Translations under genes and position numbers: made by a program | Part shown: piece by piece, positions 26,140 through 40,233 of the stretch | How positions within the stretch are numbered: position 1 is the stretch's first letter | Layout of the letters: each line of letters begins with the position of its first letter | The notes under the pieces: generated by a model | Told to the model about the DNA's origin: nothing | The model's database searches: none | Seen by the model: the letters and a program-made list of their open reading frames with translations, nothing else | NCBI GenBank assembly: GCA_951406725.2 | Contig: OX597836.1 | Span: 14,074,001 to 14,138,000 of the forward strand | Source: Octopus vulgaris | Lineage: Eukaryota | DNA length: 64,000 nucleotides | Direction of reading: 5' to 3'

Positions 26140-27466
26140 ATAAATAATGGTTCTTTCTGCTGTAGGAACAAGGCCTGAAATTTTGCAAGGAAGCTACTAC
26201 TTTCATTTCTATTGACCCCTATATGGATGAAAGGCAAAGTTGACCAAATAATGAAGATTATAATGCTTTCTAGGATAGGTACAAGGTCAGGAATTTGTGG
26301 GGCGGCTGATAGTCAATTAGATCAACCCCAGTATTTAACTGGTCCTTATTTTATAAACCCTGAAAGGATGAAAGGCAAGGCTGACCTTGGTGGAATTTGG
26401 ACTAAGATCGTAAAGACGAACAAAATACCTATTTCTTTACTACCCACAAGGGGCTAAACACAGAGGGAACAAATAAGGACAGACAAACGGATTAAGTCGA
26501 TTGCATCAACCCCAGTGTGTAACTGGTACTTATTTAAAAGACCCCGATAGGAAGAAAGGCAAAGTTGACCTCGGCGGAATTTGAACTCACAACGTAACGG
26601 CAGACGAAATACCTATTTCTTTACTACCCACAAGGGGCTAAACACAGAGAGGACGAACAAGAACAAACGGATTAAGTCAATTATATCGACCCCAGTGCGT
26701 AAGTGGTACTTAATTTATCGACCCCAAAAGGATGAAAGGCAAAGTCGACCTCGGCGGAATTTGAACTCAGAACGTAGGGGCAGATGAAATACCACTAAGC
26801 ATTTTGTCTAGCATGCTAACGATTCTGCCAGCTCACCGCCTTATAATTATTGGTTTCAGACTTTGGCACAAGGCCAGCACTTTCGGTGGAAGGGGAATAG
26901 TTGATTATATCAACCCCAGTGTTCAACTGGGGTTAAATTTTATCGACCCCAGAAGAATCAAAGGTAAAGTCAACCTCGATAGCTTTTGAATTGAGAGCAT
27001 AAAGACAGACAAAATTCCACAGAGCAGTTTGCCCAGCATGCTAATGAACCTGCCAGCTCCCCACCTTAATAAAAATCCTTTCTATTCTAGGCACAAGGCC
27101 TGAAATTTGGGCGAGGGGATAGTTGATTACCTCGACCCCAGTGCGTAACTGGTACTTATTTAATCGACTCCAAAAGGATGAAAGGCAAAGTTGAACTTGG
27201 CAGAATCTGAACTCAGAACATAGCAGCAGACAAAATACCTATTTCTTTACTACCCACAAGGGGCTAAACACAGAGAGGACAAACAAGGACAAATGGATTA
27301 AGTCGATTATATCGACCCCAGTGCGTAACTGGTATTTATTTAATCGACCCCGAAAGGATGAAAGGCAAAGTCGACCTCGGTGGAATTTGAACTCAGAACG
27401 TAGAGGCAGACAAAATACCGCTAAGCATTTTGCCTGGTGTGCTAATGATTCTGCCAGCTAACCGCC

Positions 27467-27516
<50 letters not shown>

Positions 27517-27739
27517 CCTTTCTACTAAAGGCATGAGGCCAGCAATTTCAGGGGGAAGGGGTCTAGTCGATTACATTACATCAATCCCAGTGTTTCACTG
27601 GTACCTAATTTATCGACCCCAAAAGGATGTAAGGCAAAGTCAACCATAGCGGAATTTGAACTGAGAACATGAAGACGGATGAAATACTGCTAAGCATTTC
27701 AACCAGCACGCTAACAATTCTGCCAGCTTGCCGCCTTTT

Positions 27740-27779
<40 letters not shown>

Positions 27780-27995
27780 GTTTCAAATTTTACCACAAGG
27801 GCAGCCATTTTGGGGGGAGGGGATGAGTCAATTATGTTGACCCCAGTGTATCACTGGTATTTAATTTATCAACCCCGAAAGGATGAAAGGCAAAGTCAAC
27901 CTTGGTGGAATTCGAACTCAGAATGTAAAGATGGATAAAATGCCACAAATATTTTGTCTTGCATGACAACAATTCTGCCAGATTGCTACCTCAAA

Positions 27996-28036
<41 letters not shown>

Positions 28037-28215
28037 TGGTTCTTTCTACCATAAGGCATGAAATAGGGTAGTGGATGGCTAGTGGTTTACATTGACCCTG
28101 GTGCATAACTGGTACTTATTTTACTGATCCCTAAAAGGATGAAAGGCAAAGTTGACCTTGGCAGAATTTGAACTCAGAATATAAAGCCAGAAGAAATGTT
28201 GCTAAGCATTTTGTC
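26140..28215 (-). mobile_element. Cluster of about ten same-orientation family 2 SINE units
   Basis: Repeated ggatgaaaggcaaagtcgacc core with two tail types and (TAA)n tails. Confidence 0.85.
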
Positions 28216-28280
28216 TTGAGAGCTAATAGATAAATAAATGACTAAAATAAGTAAAGAGAAGCAAAAATAAAATTTACAAA

Positions 28281-28365
<85 letters not shown>

Positions 28366-29226
28366 ATGTGTGTGTATATATATATATGTGTGTGTATATA
28401 TATATGTGTGTGTGTATGTATATATATGTGTGTGTGTGTATGTATATATATGTGTGTGTGTATGTATGTATGTGTATATATATAGTGTGTGTGTGTGTAT
28501 ATATATGTGTGTGTGTATGTATATATATATGTGTGTGTGTGTGTGTATATATATATGTGTGTGTGTATGTATATATATATGTGTGTGTGTGTGTGTATAT
28601 ATATATGTGTGTGTATGTGTGTATATATATATATGAATATGTGTGTGTGTATGTATATGTATGTATGTATGTATGTATATGTTTGTGTGTATATGTATAT
28701 TTACATGTGTGTGTATATGTGTGTGTGTATAAACAAACACCAGAAGCAACTACTCAAAAAACCTTCAGATTTCAAGAAAACCTTACAGTTGTCTTCCTTG
28801 ATGGAAGGAATTCACCATCATAATTAGATCTGTCAGTCTAGAGTTCATTGCCTTCTTGAGAGAAAGTTTTGGTGAAAACTGGTTCAAAGACTTTGTCAAG
28901 AAACTCTTAGAAATGCTAACTATTTTTCATTGAAGTGGAACTAAAGAGAGAGAGATGGTTAACTAGGCAACGAAGACAGATCTTGTAAAGGGCAGACAGC
29001 AGGAGAATAGTCGAGACAAGTGTGGTGAGTCATATAGAGTTATGCTGTAAGCCAGCAAAATGTGAGATCAGAAATTAGAATGAAATAAGTTTAAAATATT
29101 CCAGTCAATGTGCAAGATTGGGTCTTTTCTTTACATTCTTTGTTTGGTGCCTATGTTACCAAAAAAAGCCAGAATTGTAAATGACACAGTCAACCGAAAC
29201 AGTATTTGAACTTGCAAAACAAAATA

Positions 29227-29612
29227 GGCGCAGGAGTGGCTGTGTGGTAAGTAGCTTGTTTACCAACCACATGGTACCAGGTTCAGTCCCACTGCGTGTC
29301 TTCTACTATAGCCTCGGGCCGACCAAAGCCTTGTGAGTGGATTTGGTAGACGGAAACTGAAAGAAGCCCGTCGTATATATGTATATATATGCGTGTGTGT
29401 GTTTGTGTGTCTGTGTTTCCCCCTAGCATTGCTTGACAACCAATGCTGGTGTGTTTATGTCCCCGTTACTTAGCGGTTCGGCAAAAGAGACCGATAGAAT
29501 AAGTACTGGGCTTACAAAAGAATAAGTCCCGGGGTCGATTTGCTCGACTAAATGTGGTGCTCCAGCATGGCCGCAGTCAAATGACTGAAACAAGTAAAAG
29601 AATAAAAGAGTA
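29227..29612 (+). mobile_element. SINE family 1
   Basis: Family 1 homology, with a small core deletion. Confidence 0.85.
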
Positions 29613-29866
29613 AGATTAATTTTTTTTTTTGTTTGTTTCAGTCATTAGACTGCAGCCATGCTGGGGCACTGCTCTGAAGAATTTTTAGTTGGTCAAATCA
29701 ACCTCAGTACTTAATCCTTTTCTTAGCCTGATACTTATTCTATCAGTTTCTTTTGCCAAACTGCTAAGTTATAGGGGCGTAAACACACCAATACCACTTG
29801 GCAAGCAGTGGTGAGGGACAAACACAGAAACAAAGATACACACATGGCAAGCTTCTTTCAGTTTCT

Positions 29867-30318
29867 TATTTCTTTATTGCCCACAAGGGGCTAAACACAG
29901 AGGGGACAAACAAGGACAGACAAATGGATTACGTCGATTATATCGACCACAGTGCGTAACTGGTACTTATTTAACTGTTTAGTGTTTAAACCGGCCATAT
30001 CTGGCCCAGATATTCTACATGTTTTATATTCAAACTGGTGATATCTAACCTCTCACACCAAACCTACATTGACATTCTAAAAATAAACAATTACATCATT
30101 GAAACCTCAAAGCTGTAAGATAATGCATGATTAATTCAAAACAATTTGAGTGAAAAAGTATTACATTTAACAGAGTAATCTGAACACTAAAGGGTAAATC
30201 GACCCTGAAAGGATGAAACGCAAAGTCGACCTCGGCGGAATTTGAACTCAGAACGTAACGGCAGACAAAATACCGCAAAGCATTTTGCCCGGCGTGCTAA
30301 CGTTTCTGCCAGCTCGCC
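29867..30318 (-). mobile_element. SINE family 2 with 17-bp TSD inside a family 1 SINE
   Basis: TSD AGCTTCTTTCAGTTTCT at 29850-29866 and 30319-30335. Confidence 0.85.
29975..30194. mobile_element. piggyBac-type MITE, family A, nested in a SINE
   Basis: Same internal sequence. It splits the SINE core at tacttatTTAA|tcgacc, and the right TSD has decayed to TAAA. Confidence 0.7.
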
Positions 30319-33300
30319 AGCTTCTTTCAGTTTCTGTCTACAAAATCCACTCACATGGCTTGGCAATCCCTGTCAAACCATCCAACCCAGGCCAGCAAGG
30401 AAAATGGACATTAAATGATGATGGTGATGATATAGTTATAGCATACATAAACATATATATATGGAGAGTTGAACACAAGTATATTTGTACTCAATATTCA
30501 GCTAACTAGATGGCAAGTTAGTGTTTCTGCAAAATACACACATGGTAAAGGGTAAAGACCCCTTTCGGTCATGAAGGACCATGGGATTGCACCTAGACAG
30601 TTACTCCCCGAGGCCCAAGTTCTGGGCAAGGTTGTTTATGGAAGACCAGCAGTCACCCACACATACCAGCGTCCCCTCTCCACATCACTGATGTTGTCCA
30701 AGGGAAAGGAAAAGGCTGACACAGCTTGGAACCAGTGATATTACATTACAACTCATTTCTACAGCTGAGTGAACTGGAGCAATGTGAAATGAAGTGTCTT
30801 GCTCAAGAACGCAACACACAGCCCGGTTCAGGAATCGAACTCACTACCTCATGATTATGAGCCCAATGCTCTAACCACTGAGCCATGTGTCTTCAGATGT
30901 GGTAGATATAGTAAAAATGACTAAATGCCAGAAAGCTTTTTGTCGAATACTTGACCATTTTTACCACTCAAGGATAAAAAGCTACTGAAATGAGAATATG
31001 TGCAGACAGCATACTACTTACTCCAAGAGACTGAGCCAGAGAATTGGGGGGGGGCAGAAGGGAGAAGAGAGAAGGAAAGAGAGAGGGGGAGAGAGAGGGG
31101 GAGAGGGGGAGAGAGGGGGGAGATGGGGAAGAAAGATAGGGGGAGAAAGAGGGGGAAGAAAGAGAAGGGAAGGGGAAGAAAGAGAGGGGTAGAGAGAGGA
31201 GGAAAGAGAGACGGAAGAGATAGGGGAAGAGAGAGGGGAAGAAAGAGAGGGGACAGAGAGAGAGAGAGAGGGAAGAGAGAGAAGGGAGAGAGGGGAAGAG
31301 AGAGAAGGGAAGAGAGAGGATGAAGGAGGAAGGAAGAGAAGATAGTTGTGGAGGAAACAAGAGTTAAAGGGGAGGGGGGAACAAGAGTTACAGATGTGGG
31401 GGACACAGAAAGAGAGAGAGAGAGAGAGAGAGAGAATCACAGAAGAGAATTGCACAAGAGGGAAAGACAAAGAGAGAGAGTAGCAGAAGACACACACATA
31501 GAAGAGACGGAAGGAGAGAGAGAGAAAAACAAACAAACACGGAAGGAGAGCATCAGAGAAGAAATAGACACAGTGAGAAAGCATGTCGCCAGAATTGAGT
31601 GCATTATTTTTTTTGGGGGGGGGGGGGTTTGCTTTTGTCTTCATCAGAAATTCTAAACACTGGTTACTTTTAAAACAAAGCCTGACCCCCTCACCACTAC
31701 CACCACCACTCCACCATTCCCTCCTCGTCCTCTTCCCACCACTTCATCCTCTTCTTCCTAGTCACATCCTTTTAGCTGAAGAAGAATGAAAAAAAGAAAT
31801 ATAAATGAAAATAAAAATAACTAAAAAAAAACAAAAAAAAACTGAGGAGTGTACAGTTTCTCACTAACATGTTGACTAATTTGGTCGGTTGTCGTTATTC
31901 CTCTTGAAAAGCAAACACTTCACCTCTCTCGGTCTCACTTGCCATTTTCGAAATGCTCACACTTGCTTTTGTCTTGCTACTTACCCCCCCCCCACCTCCA
32001 ACCACCACTGCTGCCATATACATATATACACACACATATACATATATATGTATATACACACACACACATATATATATATATACACATATACATACACACA
32101 TACATACATATATATACACATACATATATATATACACACATATATATATACACATATACATACATATATATATACACATATACATACATATATATATACA
32201 CATATACATACATACATATACACATACATATATACACACACACACATACATACATATACACATACATATATACACACACACACACATACATACATATGTA
32301 TATATATACACACATCCACACAAATATATATACACAGCCACTCATTCTACATACAAACATACAAACACACATAAAATATACATACATAAGCTCAGTTCTA
32401 GAAACTTCAGTAGCCTTGCCACTTTGCATTTCACTTTCCTTTTCTCCTCCCCCCCCCCCCCTGCAATCTGTTGCAATATTATTATTATTATTATTGTATC
32501 CAGAAACCAAACTCACAACTGACTACCGTTGTCAATGCCACCACCATCATCCTCATCGTCGTATCTCGCAATTTGCCCTGGTCAACGAACTACTGCCACC
32601 ACAGCTGTCTCTGTCACTAGAGCCATGTCCATCATCATCATCATCATTGCCACAGTAACAGCCAATGGCACCATCCTTAAAAAAAACCAATGAGGCCAAC
32701 GACATCTCTGGCACCACTGCCATCACCAACACCACTGCAACCTACATTCTGCCCCCCAGCTTGCTCTTGTTCATTTGCAACAACTTCTCACAAGGAAGTA
32801 TTCACGAAGGCACAGACAGGTGTAGCTGTGTGGTAAGAAACTTGCTTCCCAGACCCATGGTTCCGGGTTCAGTCTCACTTGAGCAAGTGTCTTCTACTGT
32901 AGCCTAGAGCCAACAAAAGCCTTGTGAGTGAATTTGGTAGAATCCCATTATGTGTGTGCATGCATGTGTGTAAGTGTGTGTGTCTCTATTTTTGTCCCCC
33001 ACCACTGCTTGACAACCAAGGAAAGAATTACAACCGTGTTTCGTGGTCTGCGACCACAACAGTTCCTTTATAGGATCCAGTTAGCTCAAGACATCATCAG
33101 GAGGAACCACGTCCGGTTTCGGCCCCTACTCCTCTACCGTTTTGACATGGCGGCCCCCCATCCTTTCGGTGGTGTCTTCAGCTCTGGTGTTGGATGCATG
33201 TCTTCTTTCTTCTGTTCCCTGGCTTCTTCGATGGATGTATCGTCAGCGAGTGTCAGCCGGTGACTGACTGTCTTGTCGAATTTCTCCCTTTAAATACCTG

Positions 33301-33582
33301 CCGCATAGGCTCCAGCAGGCAGCCCCAGCAAGTTGTCACGTGACACTGTCTCACCTTAACTGAATAGTGAAGGCGCGTAGTTTTAGCCCGCGCTTTTTCT
33401 AAATGACCGTCACCTGACAGGCAGTCCCAGCAAGTTTATGTTCTTGTAGCTTAGGGTTAATTTATATCGCAAACACTAGCTTAATAATGACAAGGTTATT
33501 TTACTAAATTCTTCATTATTTTAAAAATTAATTGAAACAAAGGCAGGGTATTTCAACAGAACTATGGAAATGAAACAGTTAA

Positions 33583-33803
33583 CCCTTTGGTGTTTAAGCC
33601 GGCCATATCCAGCTCAAATATCCTACATGTTTTACATTCAGACTGGCCATATCCAGCCCCTCACACCTAACCTACATTGACATTCTAAGAATAAACTATC
33701 ACACCACTGAGACTTCAGAGCTGTAAGATAATGTATGATTAACTGAAAATAATTTGAGTGAAAACAGTATTACATTTAACAGATTAATCTGAAAACTAAA
33801 GGG
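33583..33803. mobile_element. piggyBac-type MITE, family A
   Basis: TTAA|CCCTTT...AAAGGG|TTAA with the same internal sequence. Confidence 0.75.
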
Positions 33804-34595
33804 TTAAAAAGTGGTAGGGTGTAATTTGAGGGAGATTTGGCTATTATTACTAACAGGTTGAAGGCAGCAAGCAGGCTGAATTGTTAGCATGCAGGGCAAA
33901 ATGCTTAGCGGTATTTCATCCATGATTACACTCAGAGACAAAATACCGCTGGGGTTGGCTTTGCTTTTCATCTTTTCTGGGTCAATAAAATAAGTACCAG
34001 TTGAACACTGGGGCTTGATGTGACTAACTAGCCCCCTTCCCTGAAAATTTCAGGCCTTTTGCCTATAGAAGAAAGGGTTATTACTGACAGGTTGGACAAT
34101 CGGGTAGAAGTTCCCTCATTGACACATGATTCATTGCCACAAAAAAGCATTGATGGAAAAGGGGTTGCCTAGGGGAGACCTGGCACCAGATACTGTGCGA
34201 GTGGCCAGGGCTATAGGTCCTAGTATCCTATTTTCAGATCTTGACTGGTACCCTCTTGTCAGTGAGCACATGATTTTTCAAAGGCCCACAGAAGAAAACT
34301 AGCCTCCCACTGGGGCTGCTCCCTAGAACAAAGAGGTGATTCACTGGTCAGTTCCGACTCCTCATAACATTTGTTACCCTCTACTTGGCAGAAACCCATC
34401 CTTCACCTACAAGAATATGTATGTGGGTGGTGGTGGTCAGGAATCAGTGCATTTGTGGTTCTTGCTTTTTGCTATTTTAACCCTAGGTCAAACATGATCG
34501 AGTAGACCAATGACCAAAGTTTGCTCTAATCCCATGTATGTGTGTATAAGTCAGCGTGTGGGTGAGTGTTTATGTGCGAGTGACTGTGTGGTGTG

Positions 34596-34629
<34 letters not shown>

Positions 34630-34793
34630 TAGAGACAAAGAGAAAGAGAGAGACAGCAACAAAGAAATAGAGAATTACACACAGGGGGGTGGGGGTACAA
34701 AGACAATGTTTGTCATACTTCAAGAAGCATCAAGAGTAAATGTGGCACATTACTGACCATATTGGTCAGTGTGTGTGTGTGTGTGTTAGCACA

Positions 34794-34842
<49 letters not shown>

Positions 34843-34930
34843 ATGCTTCTAAGCACGTGTAATGAAAGTGCATTTGTAAGCGCACGTGTGTGAGTGTGCT
34901 CAGACCCAGATTCATCATATAATTAGGTCT

Positions 34931-34963
<33 letters not shown>

Positions 34964-36494
34964 CATATACAAACACACATACATGAAGTTTAATGTGTGT
35001 GTGTGTGTGTGGTGTGTTAGTGTGTGTGGTGAGGGATGTGTTTCATTAAAATGTGTGTCAATACATTACACACTCACACAAACTGACAAGACCTATTTTA
35101 ATACGCAGGCACTTGAATGATGATGATGATGATGAAAATGATAACGAAAGCAATAATGGTGATGATGATGAAAGTGATAATGAAAGCAATGATGATGATG
35201 AAGATAATGATGAAAGTGCTAATGATGATGATGCTAAAAGTGATGATGATGATGATGATGACAATGATGATAGCATTGGTAACTGTTAGGGATGATTATT
35301 ACAATAAGAATATCGAAATAATAATAATAATAATAATTTCTAATTTTAGCACAAGGCATGAAATTTGGTGAAAGGGGTATAGTTGTTTTACATCAACCCC
35401 AGTATTTGACAGGTACTTTATTTTATTGATCCTGAAAGGATGAGAGGCAAAACTGATGTCAGCAGGATTTGAACTCAGAACACAAAGACAGGGAAGAAAT
35501 ACCACAAAGCACCTTGTCCAATGCGCCAATGATTCTGCCAGCTTGCAGCCTCAACAATAATTCTTTCTGCTCTAAGCATAAGGCCCAAACTTTTGGTGGA
35601 TTACATCAAGCCGAATGTTCAACTAGAACAAATGATAATAAGATGCAGTATCAGGAATTGGGTCTCATGGCTTCTGATTGGAAGTGTCGTCCTTTACGTT
35701 GTTTTGTCTTGGCATTGAGCAGATGGGCTACAGCAAATATTCTGCTCAATACCACAGATTTGCTTGTCAGTTGTTTGACCGTAACCAGTTGAGCATGTCC
35801 CTTGGTGGCCAACGATATGTCCACCACCAATCACAAAGAGAAGTACTGAGGGAACATCATAGCCATGTGTTGAGAGGAATTTTTTGGCGTTTGAATAATT
35901 CATCTCTGGAAATATGGGTGTTTTGTTCAACATCCTTAAACAACCCTTATTCAGGGACCTTTCAAGCAGGATGGGCTACTCATGTTTAAATAATATATCT
36001 ACACACACACACACACACATCATCATCGTTTGATGTCCATTTCCCATGCTGGCATGAGTTGCACAGTTTGACAGGAGCTGGCCAGCCAGACAGGTGTGCC
36101 AAGCTCCAATTACCTGTTTTGACATGGTTTCTACAGCCAGATGCCCTTCCTAATGCTAACCACTTTACAGAGTGTGCTGGGTGATTTTTATGTGGCACCA
36201 GCACCAGTGCTTTTCATGTGGCACCGGCATGAGTGCCTTTTACATGGCGTCACTTTGGGTGCGAAATACCTGGCACTGGCACATGTATGTGTGCGCACGT
36301 GTGTCAATGCCCCCTAAAACAAATCACAGCACTTTTCCATGTACACACCCCATCATGGATACAGATAATTAAACCACTTCTGAGTAACCCAGCAATAAAC
36401 CCTCCAATCCACATGTTTAACTTAGGACCGAGACAACTCAAATTTAAAGAGGAGAAAAACAAACAAACAAACACACACACACACCATTTTTAAC

Positions 36495-36774
36495 CTCTTC
36501 TTCTCAGTTAGGGATTTTCTTAACAACTTCAGGTTTATGGGTTTGCAGCTCATTAAAGATATTTCAGGATGTAAATGGTGGTGGTTGCTTGATGCATAAT
36601 GATTGAAAGAAGTCACAAACATCTAATTGGTTCCAAAAAGGTTTAAGGTCTATTAATGCTGATAACGAACTGATAACGGACTTGCTTCTGACGTAAGCAA
36701 TCCGATAAAAATCAGAAATTGGAAGTTGGTGAAATTTCTTCTCTGATGAAATGAAAACGTGAAATGAAAACTTT
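36495..36774 (-). other. Candidate upstream exon of the p85-like gene, possibly supplying an in-frame ATG (36622)
   Basis: T-rich acceptor ttttttggtcgtttAG before 36774. ORF MFVTSFNHY...SLTEKKR ends in phase 2 at AG|GTTAAA, which is the phase needed to join the open frame of the SH3 exon. The donor is weak. Confidence 0.3.
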
Positions 36775-39279
36775 CTAAACGACCAAAAAAAAAAAAATAA
36801 ATAAACCATTTCAATTAGATTAATGAATAAAGGAAAATATTAAGTACTTAATTATTAAGATAACTTCTTTTCTCTGTAAATGTTTTTTTTTTGTTTTTTT
36901 CCACTTACTGGACTGCAGCCATACTGGGGCATTGCCTTCTATGATAGAAATCAATTACATCACCCCTAGAACTTTTTCTATCAACTTTGAAAGAAAAAGA
37001 GATTAAGGAATAGTGGGTGGAAGAAGTCGGATGGATGGATGGATGGAAAACACAGAAATTGTTAGTTTTAGTTTCATTTAATCATTTATTACTTGGGGCC
37101 TAAATTTTCATCACACTGTCCATATCCTGGTCACCAAAACCGAGTAATAAATAATTAAGTTAACACTTTCTGTGTTTTTGAAAGGCTAAAAAGGGTTTTA
37201 GATATATTTTGTGAAACGAAGGGATGGTCATGGCTGCAGAACATTTGACCATGAGTTTGCTTGATCAGGATTGACCTGCTGCTAAGTAACAACATATGGA
37301 CTACAGTAAGGGTTTCAACTTGTTGCAGTGAGCCATTCAAGAAGTTATATGTCCACTTTTCTCATCCAGTTTGGTACTGCGCTTGTTAGGACTGTCTTAA
37401 TTTGGGTCTCCACAAACAGAACGTTAGCATGCCGGGCGAAATGCGTAGCCGTATTTCGTCTGTCGTTACGTACCGAGTTCAAATTCCACCGAGGTCGACT
37501 TTGCCTTTCATCCTTTCGGGGTCGATTAAATAAGTACCAGTTTCGCACTGGGGTTGATGTAATCGACTTAATCCCTTTGTCTGTCCTCGCTTGTCCCCTC
37601 TGTGTTTAGCCCCTTGTGGGTAATAAAGAAATATATATGATAGCTGCATTGATTGGTTGAGACTGTTGGCACAGTTGGTCACAGCACAATGCATAAAGCA
37701 ATCCTTGATGGACCACCACCAATGAAGATTATGTGCAAGTCAGTAACAGTATGTGTGTGTGTGCGCGCACAGGTTGTATGAAGCAAAAGAAAGAGTGGGA
37801 GTAAAGAAGGGAGTAACAGAAGGAGGAGGGATAATATTGTATCAGTCAAGGTTGAATCATTGCTGCTGGTGGTTCATAGTCTTTTTGTAGAAAACCTTGC
37901 TCTCAATAGATAAGCTTATCAAACCACCATCCATCCCAGATAAGCGTGTACGTGTGAGCCTGCCTCTAGTAGTGTGTGTATGTATGCTTCTGTTTTGACA
38001 GATCGTTTTTGGCAGTAGTAAATTTACCCAAAACACAAACAAACAAAAATACCAAAAAAACAGCGATATTACATCTTCTTATAGTTTACCATTTACTTTG
38101 GCAAACGGCACTGGCACCGAATACAGTAGGAGTGAGAAGAACCAGCGAGCTCAAGTTAGCATATCTGGTGTTTAATCCCAGGTGTAAGCTAAACTAGTTT
38201 GGTGAAATCACTAATTCCTTTAACAAAAAAGAAAGGTGAGTGAGGTGTGATTGTCACATATATTCATTTTACCCTTTCATCTAGAAATGCACAGAAATCC
38301 ACATGATTTTGAATCCACTGTTTGTTGGGTCAACAGAGCAATAGTTCTCAACCAAGATCCATTTGGTGAGCTGCAAGATGCAGGAGAAAAGAGTGAGAGA
38401 AAGTTGTGGCGAAAAAGTCAGAAGTTTGCCATTACCTTCTGCGGAGCTGCGTGGAGCTTAGGTGTATCGCTCATAAACACACACATTGCCCGGTCTGAGA
38501 TTCGAACACGCAGTCCCTCGACCACAAATCTGCTGCTCTAACTACTAGGCCATGTGCCTCCGCATATATAGATAAGTACTAGGTTTAAAAACTACTGACT
38601 TTGACTTGTTTTGCTAAAACCCTTCGAGGAGGTGCTCCAACATGGTCATAGTCCACTGACTGAAACTTATAAAGGATAATATTCCTTTAGTTGATTTAGT
38701 TGAGAAATCTCTGCTCTTTAAAATGAAATTGATTTTGAAGAGTTCGTTATGGTGTTAGAAGTGGTGGAGCATCCTTTACCTATTATGTCCCGTGACATTG
38801 AAATGGTATAGGTATTCAAATTTCATCAGGGTTGGTTTGTGTATTTCCTAAAAAATCAATAAAATGAGACCCAGTCATGTGCAGGTATTGATTCGTTAGT
38901 CACCACCATCTCCACCACTGCCACCACCACCACCGGCAAGATCAAATTTATTATGCTATTTTAAGAAACATTATTCTGTTTGTCAAGGGATGGCTGTGTG
39001 GTTAAGAATGGGCGCAGGTAAATCTGTATGGTTAAAAAGCTTGCTTTGCAACTACACGGTTCTGGGTTCAGTCCCACTGTGCATCCGTCCCAGGGCTGTA
39101 GTACTAAAGTAAAAGACACTTGGCAAGTGTCTTCTACAATAGCCCTTGTGAGTGAATTTGGTAAACAGAACCTCCACGGAAACCTATCATATATATGGTG
39201 CCATGCAGTGGATCCCGTCCCACTGTGTGGCGCCTTGAGCAAATGTCTTCTGTAGCCTCAGGCCAACCAAATCTAAAGT

Positions 39280-39590
39280 GGAGGCACATGGCCTAGTAGT
39301 TAAAGCAGTGGACTCACGGTTGAGGGATCACAGGTTCAAATCTCAGACCAGGTGATGTGTGTGTTTATGAGTGAAACACCTAAGCTCCACGCGGTTCCGG
39401 CAGAAGGTAATGGTGAACTTCTGCTGACTCTTTTGCCACAACTTTCTCTCACTCTTTCCTCCTGCATCTTGCAGCTCACCTGCGACGGACTGGCATCCCG
39501 TCCAGGTGGGGAACCTATACGCCAAGGAAACCGGGAAACCAGCCCTTATGAGCCAGGGGTGGCTCGAGAAGGAACAAAACAAAAAACAAA
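39280..39590 (+). mobile_element. tRNA-derived SINE family 5
   Basis: Head ggcacatggcctagtagttaaagcag...ggttcaaatctc and 3' cctgcgacggactggcatcccgtccagg. A partial inverted copy lies at 38365-38561. Confidence 0.7.
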
Positions 39591-40233
39591 GTATATATAT
39601 GTAAGTATGGGTGTGTGTATGTGTGAATTTTTATATGTCTCTTTTACTCTTTTACAATTTCAGTCATTTGACTGCAGCCATGCTGGAGCATCACCTTGAG
39701 TTGAAGAAATCAACCCCAGGACTTATTCTTTGTAAGCCTAGTACTTATTCTATTGGCCTCTTTTGCCAAACCGCTAAATTTCGGGGACATAAACACACCA
39801 ACATTGGTTGTCAAGAAATGGTGGAGGGACAAACATAGACACAGAGACACACATAAATACATATATTAAAGTGGATTCCTAATATGCTAAAGATAGACAT
39901 CAAATTGCCTTACCATAATGAGTGTATTCTCAAGAAAAATCTCAGCAAAAACGCCAGAATGTAAAAATGAGCAAAACAAATGAAAATTCCTGAGAACACA
40001 CTCTTCGTGGCAAGAGCGATTTGACGTCTATCTTTAGCATATTAGAAATCCACTTTAGTGGTCATTCCTCTTATTTATTGTAATATTATTTTTAAATCTT
40101 CAGATTTTTTTTTTTTATATATGCTACACCACTCGTTTAAATTGATGTTGATTGATATCAATTTCTACCCTCATTATCTAATTTCAAAATACACATACAT
40201 ATATACACACACATACATACATACATACATATA

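Noticed and set aside
35053-35371. Poly-Asp / poly-Met / poly-Ser ORFs
   Set aside because: Degenerate (GAT)n tail of a retroposon remnant.
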